Shown: one piece after another, positions 62,926 to 64,000 of the stretch
Numbering within the stretch: the stretch's first letter is position 1
Layout of the letters: each line of letters starts with the position of its first letter
Assembly: GCF_001194135.2 (NCBI RefSeq)
Contig: NC_068982.1
Span: 68,674,224 to 68,738,223 of the forward strand
DNA: 64,000 bases
Reading direction: 5' to 3'
From: Octopus bimaculoides
Lineage: Eukaryota
The notes under the pieces: model-generated
Told to the model about the DNA's origin: nothing
Seen by the model: only the letters and a program-made list of their open reading frames with translations
The model's database searches: none
Made by a program: the position numbers and the translations under genes

Positions 62926-64000
62926 TACATAGTTTTCCATTTGAATTATTACCTCTCTTGGCATAAAGCGTAACACAGACAAAATAGACAGTAACACAGG
63001 AATGCATAGAATAATATAGATTATGATGGATTTTTTAACTTTTATTTCATTCATTTTTCTAATGTTATCTCCCATGGGTTTTCTCATTTTGCAAATTTTA
63101 TATTTGCATGTTTTCTTCCTATTTTTTTTTTCTGTCTTGCAAGATACTTGACAACTTCACTAGTGCCACTGACATGAAAAAAGTACCCTGTACATACTGT
63201 AAGCTGGTTGGCATTAAGAAGGGCATCTAGCTGTAGAAACCATGCCAAAGCAGACATTGGAGTTTGGTACAGTTCTTCTGTTTTACCTAGCTGTCAAACC
63301 ATTCAACCCATGCTGGTATAGAAAATGGACATTAACTGACGACGATGATGATGATGTTGATGATTGCTAGTATTTAGACAACTGGAAACTTTTTGTAAAT
63401 GCTGGCAAATCATACAGAATAAAAGTATCCATTTGTTTTGTCATATCAATGGCAGTAAGTAAAGATATGCATCTTCTTTAAGGGCGAAACAGAAATTTAG
63501 TTATTGGGATTGAACTGAAAACCTTTAGATTTATAATGTAACACTTTATCCATCAAGCATTATACTCTTCAGTTCAACAAAAGTTTTAATTCAGATCACT
63601 ATAAACAGGAAGATTGTATCAAGAACCAGGTTGTGGTTGCAGGTGGGTTGGTATTGAAAGGGTTGAACACCTCAAATTTTAAATAATTTTTGATGTTTGG
63701 TTGTAAATGAGCACTAAATTATTCCCAGTGAAGTTAATCATTTCATTTCAAGTACATTTTTTGTTTTTACTGCAACTGCTTCATAGTTAAGCTTATGAAT
63801 TTGTTTGAAATTATGTGTTATATTTTGGGATGGTCATTTTTTCTTCCCTAATAATAAATGAGTGAAGAATATGGCTGGCAGGCAACGTATTTTTCTGCAT
63901 TATATGGATAATTTATCCTGATCACGCTATTTCTAGCATTATCATGCGTTTGAGAAATAAATTTATTTCTGTATCATATATATATATATATATATATATA

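Overview
This is an AT-rich, repeat-dense animal genomic window with short-read scaffold gaps. The repeat landscape suggests a cephalopod, probably Octopus (inference from recalled repeat families, not verified). Three housekeeping genes could be reconstructed by hand with consistent GT-AG boundaries and reading-frame phases. STRAP (+) has six coding exons at 2220-16133, and its first exon is not in the window. NDUFB8 (-) is complete, with five exons at 20296-28978 encoding 196 aa. SNW1/SKIP (-) has an intact 537-aa CDS with no introns at 41046-42659. No protein-coding gene can be supported in 43-64 kb. The rest is mobile DNA: three mariner-type elements, piggyBac-type and Tc1-type MITEs, a non-autonomous Helitron, a Dong/R4-type LINE fragment, many RTE-type LINE 3' ends, several tRNA-derived SINE families and microsatellites. 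Most short ORFs in the supplied track are artefacts of these repeats. I did not find an unambiguous new biological system. The best leads are: a mariner derivative built from two left ends; the intronless spliceosomal gene SNW1; a 13-nt motif at nearly the same distance upstream of the NDUFB8 and SNW1 start codons; a possible divergent transcript from the SNW1 promoter; a stack of unrelated elements nested in (TAA)n; and close inverted SINE pairs that could be dsRNA or ADAR substrates. Repeat boundaries are approximate unless TIR/TSD ends are stated.
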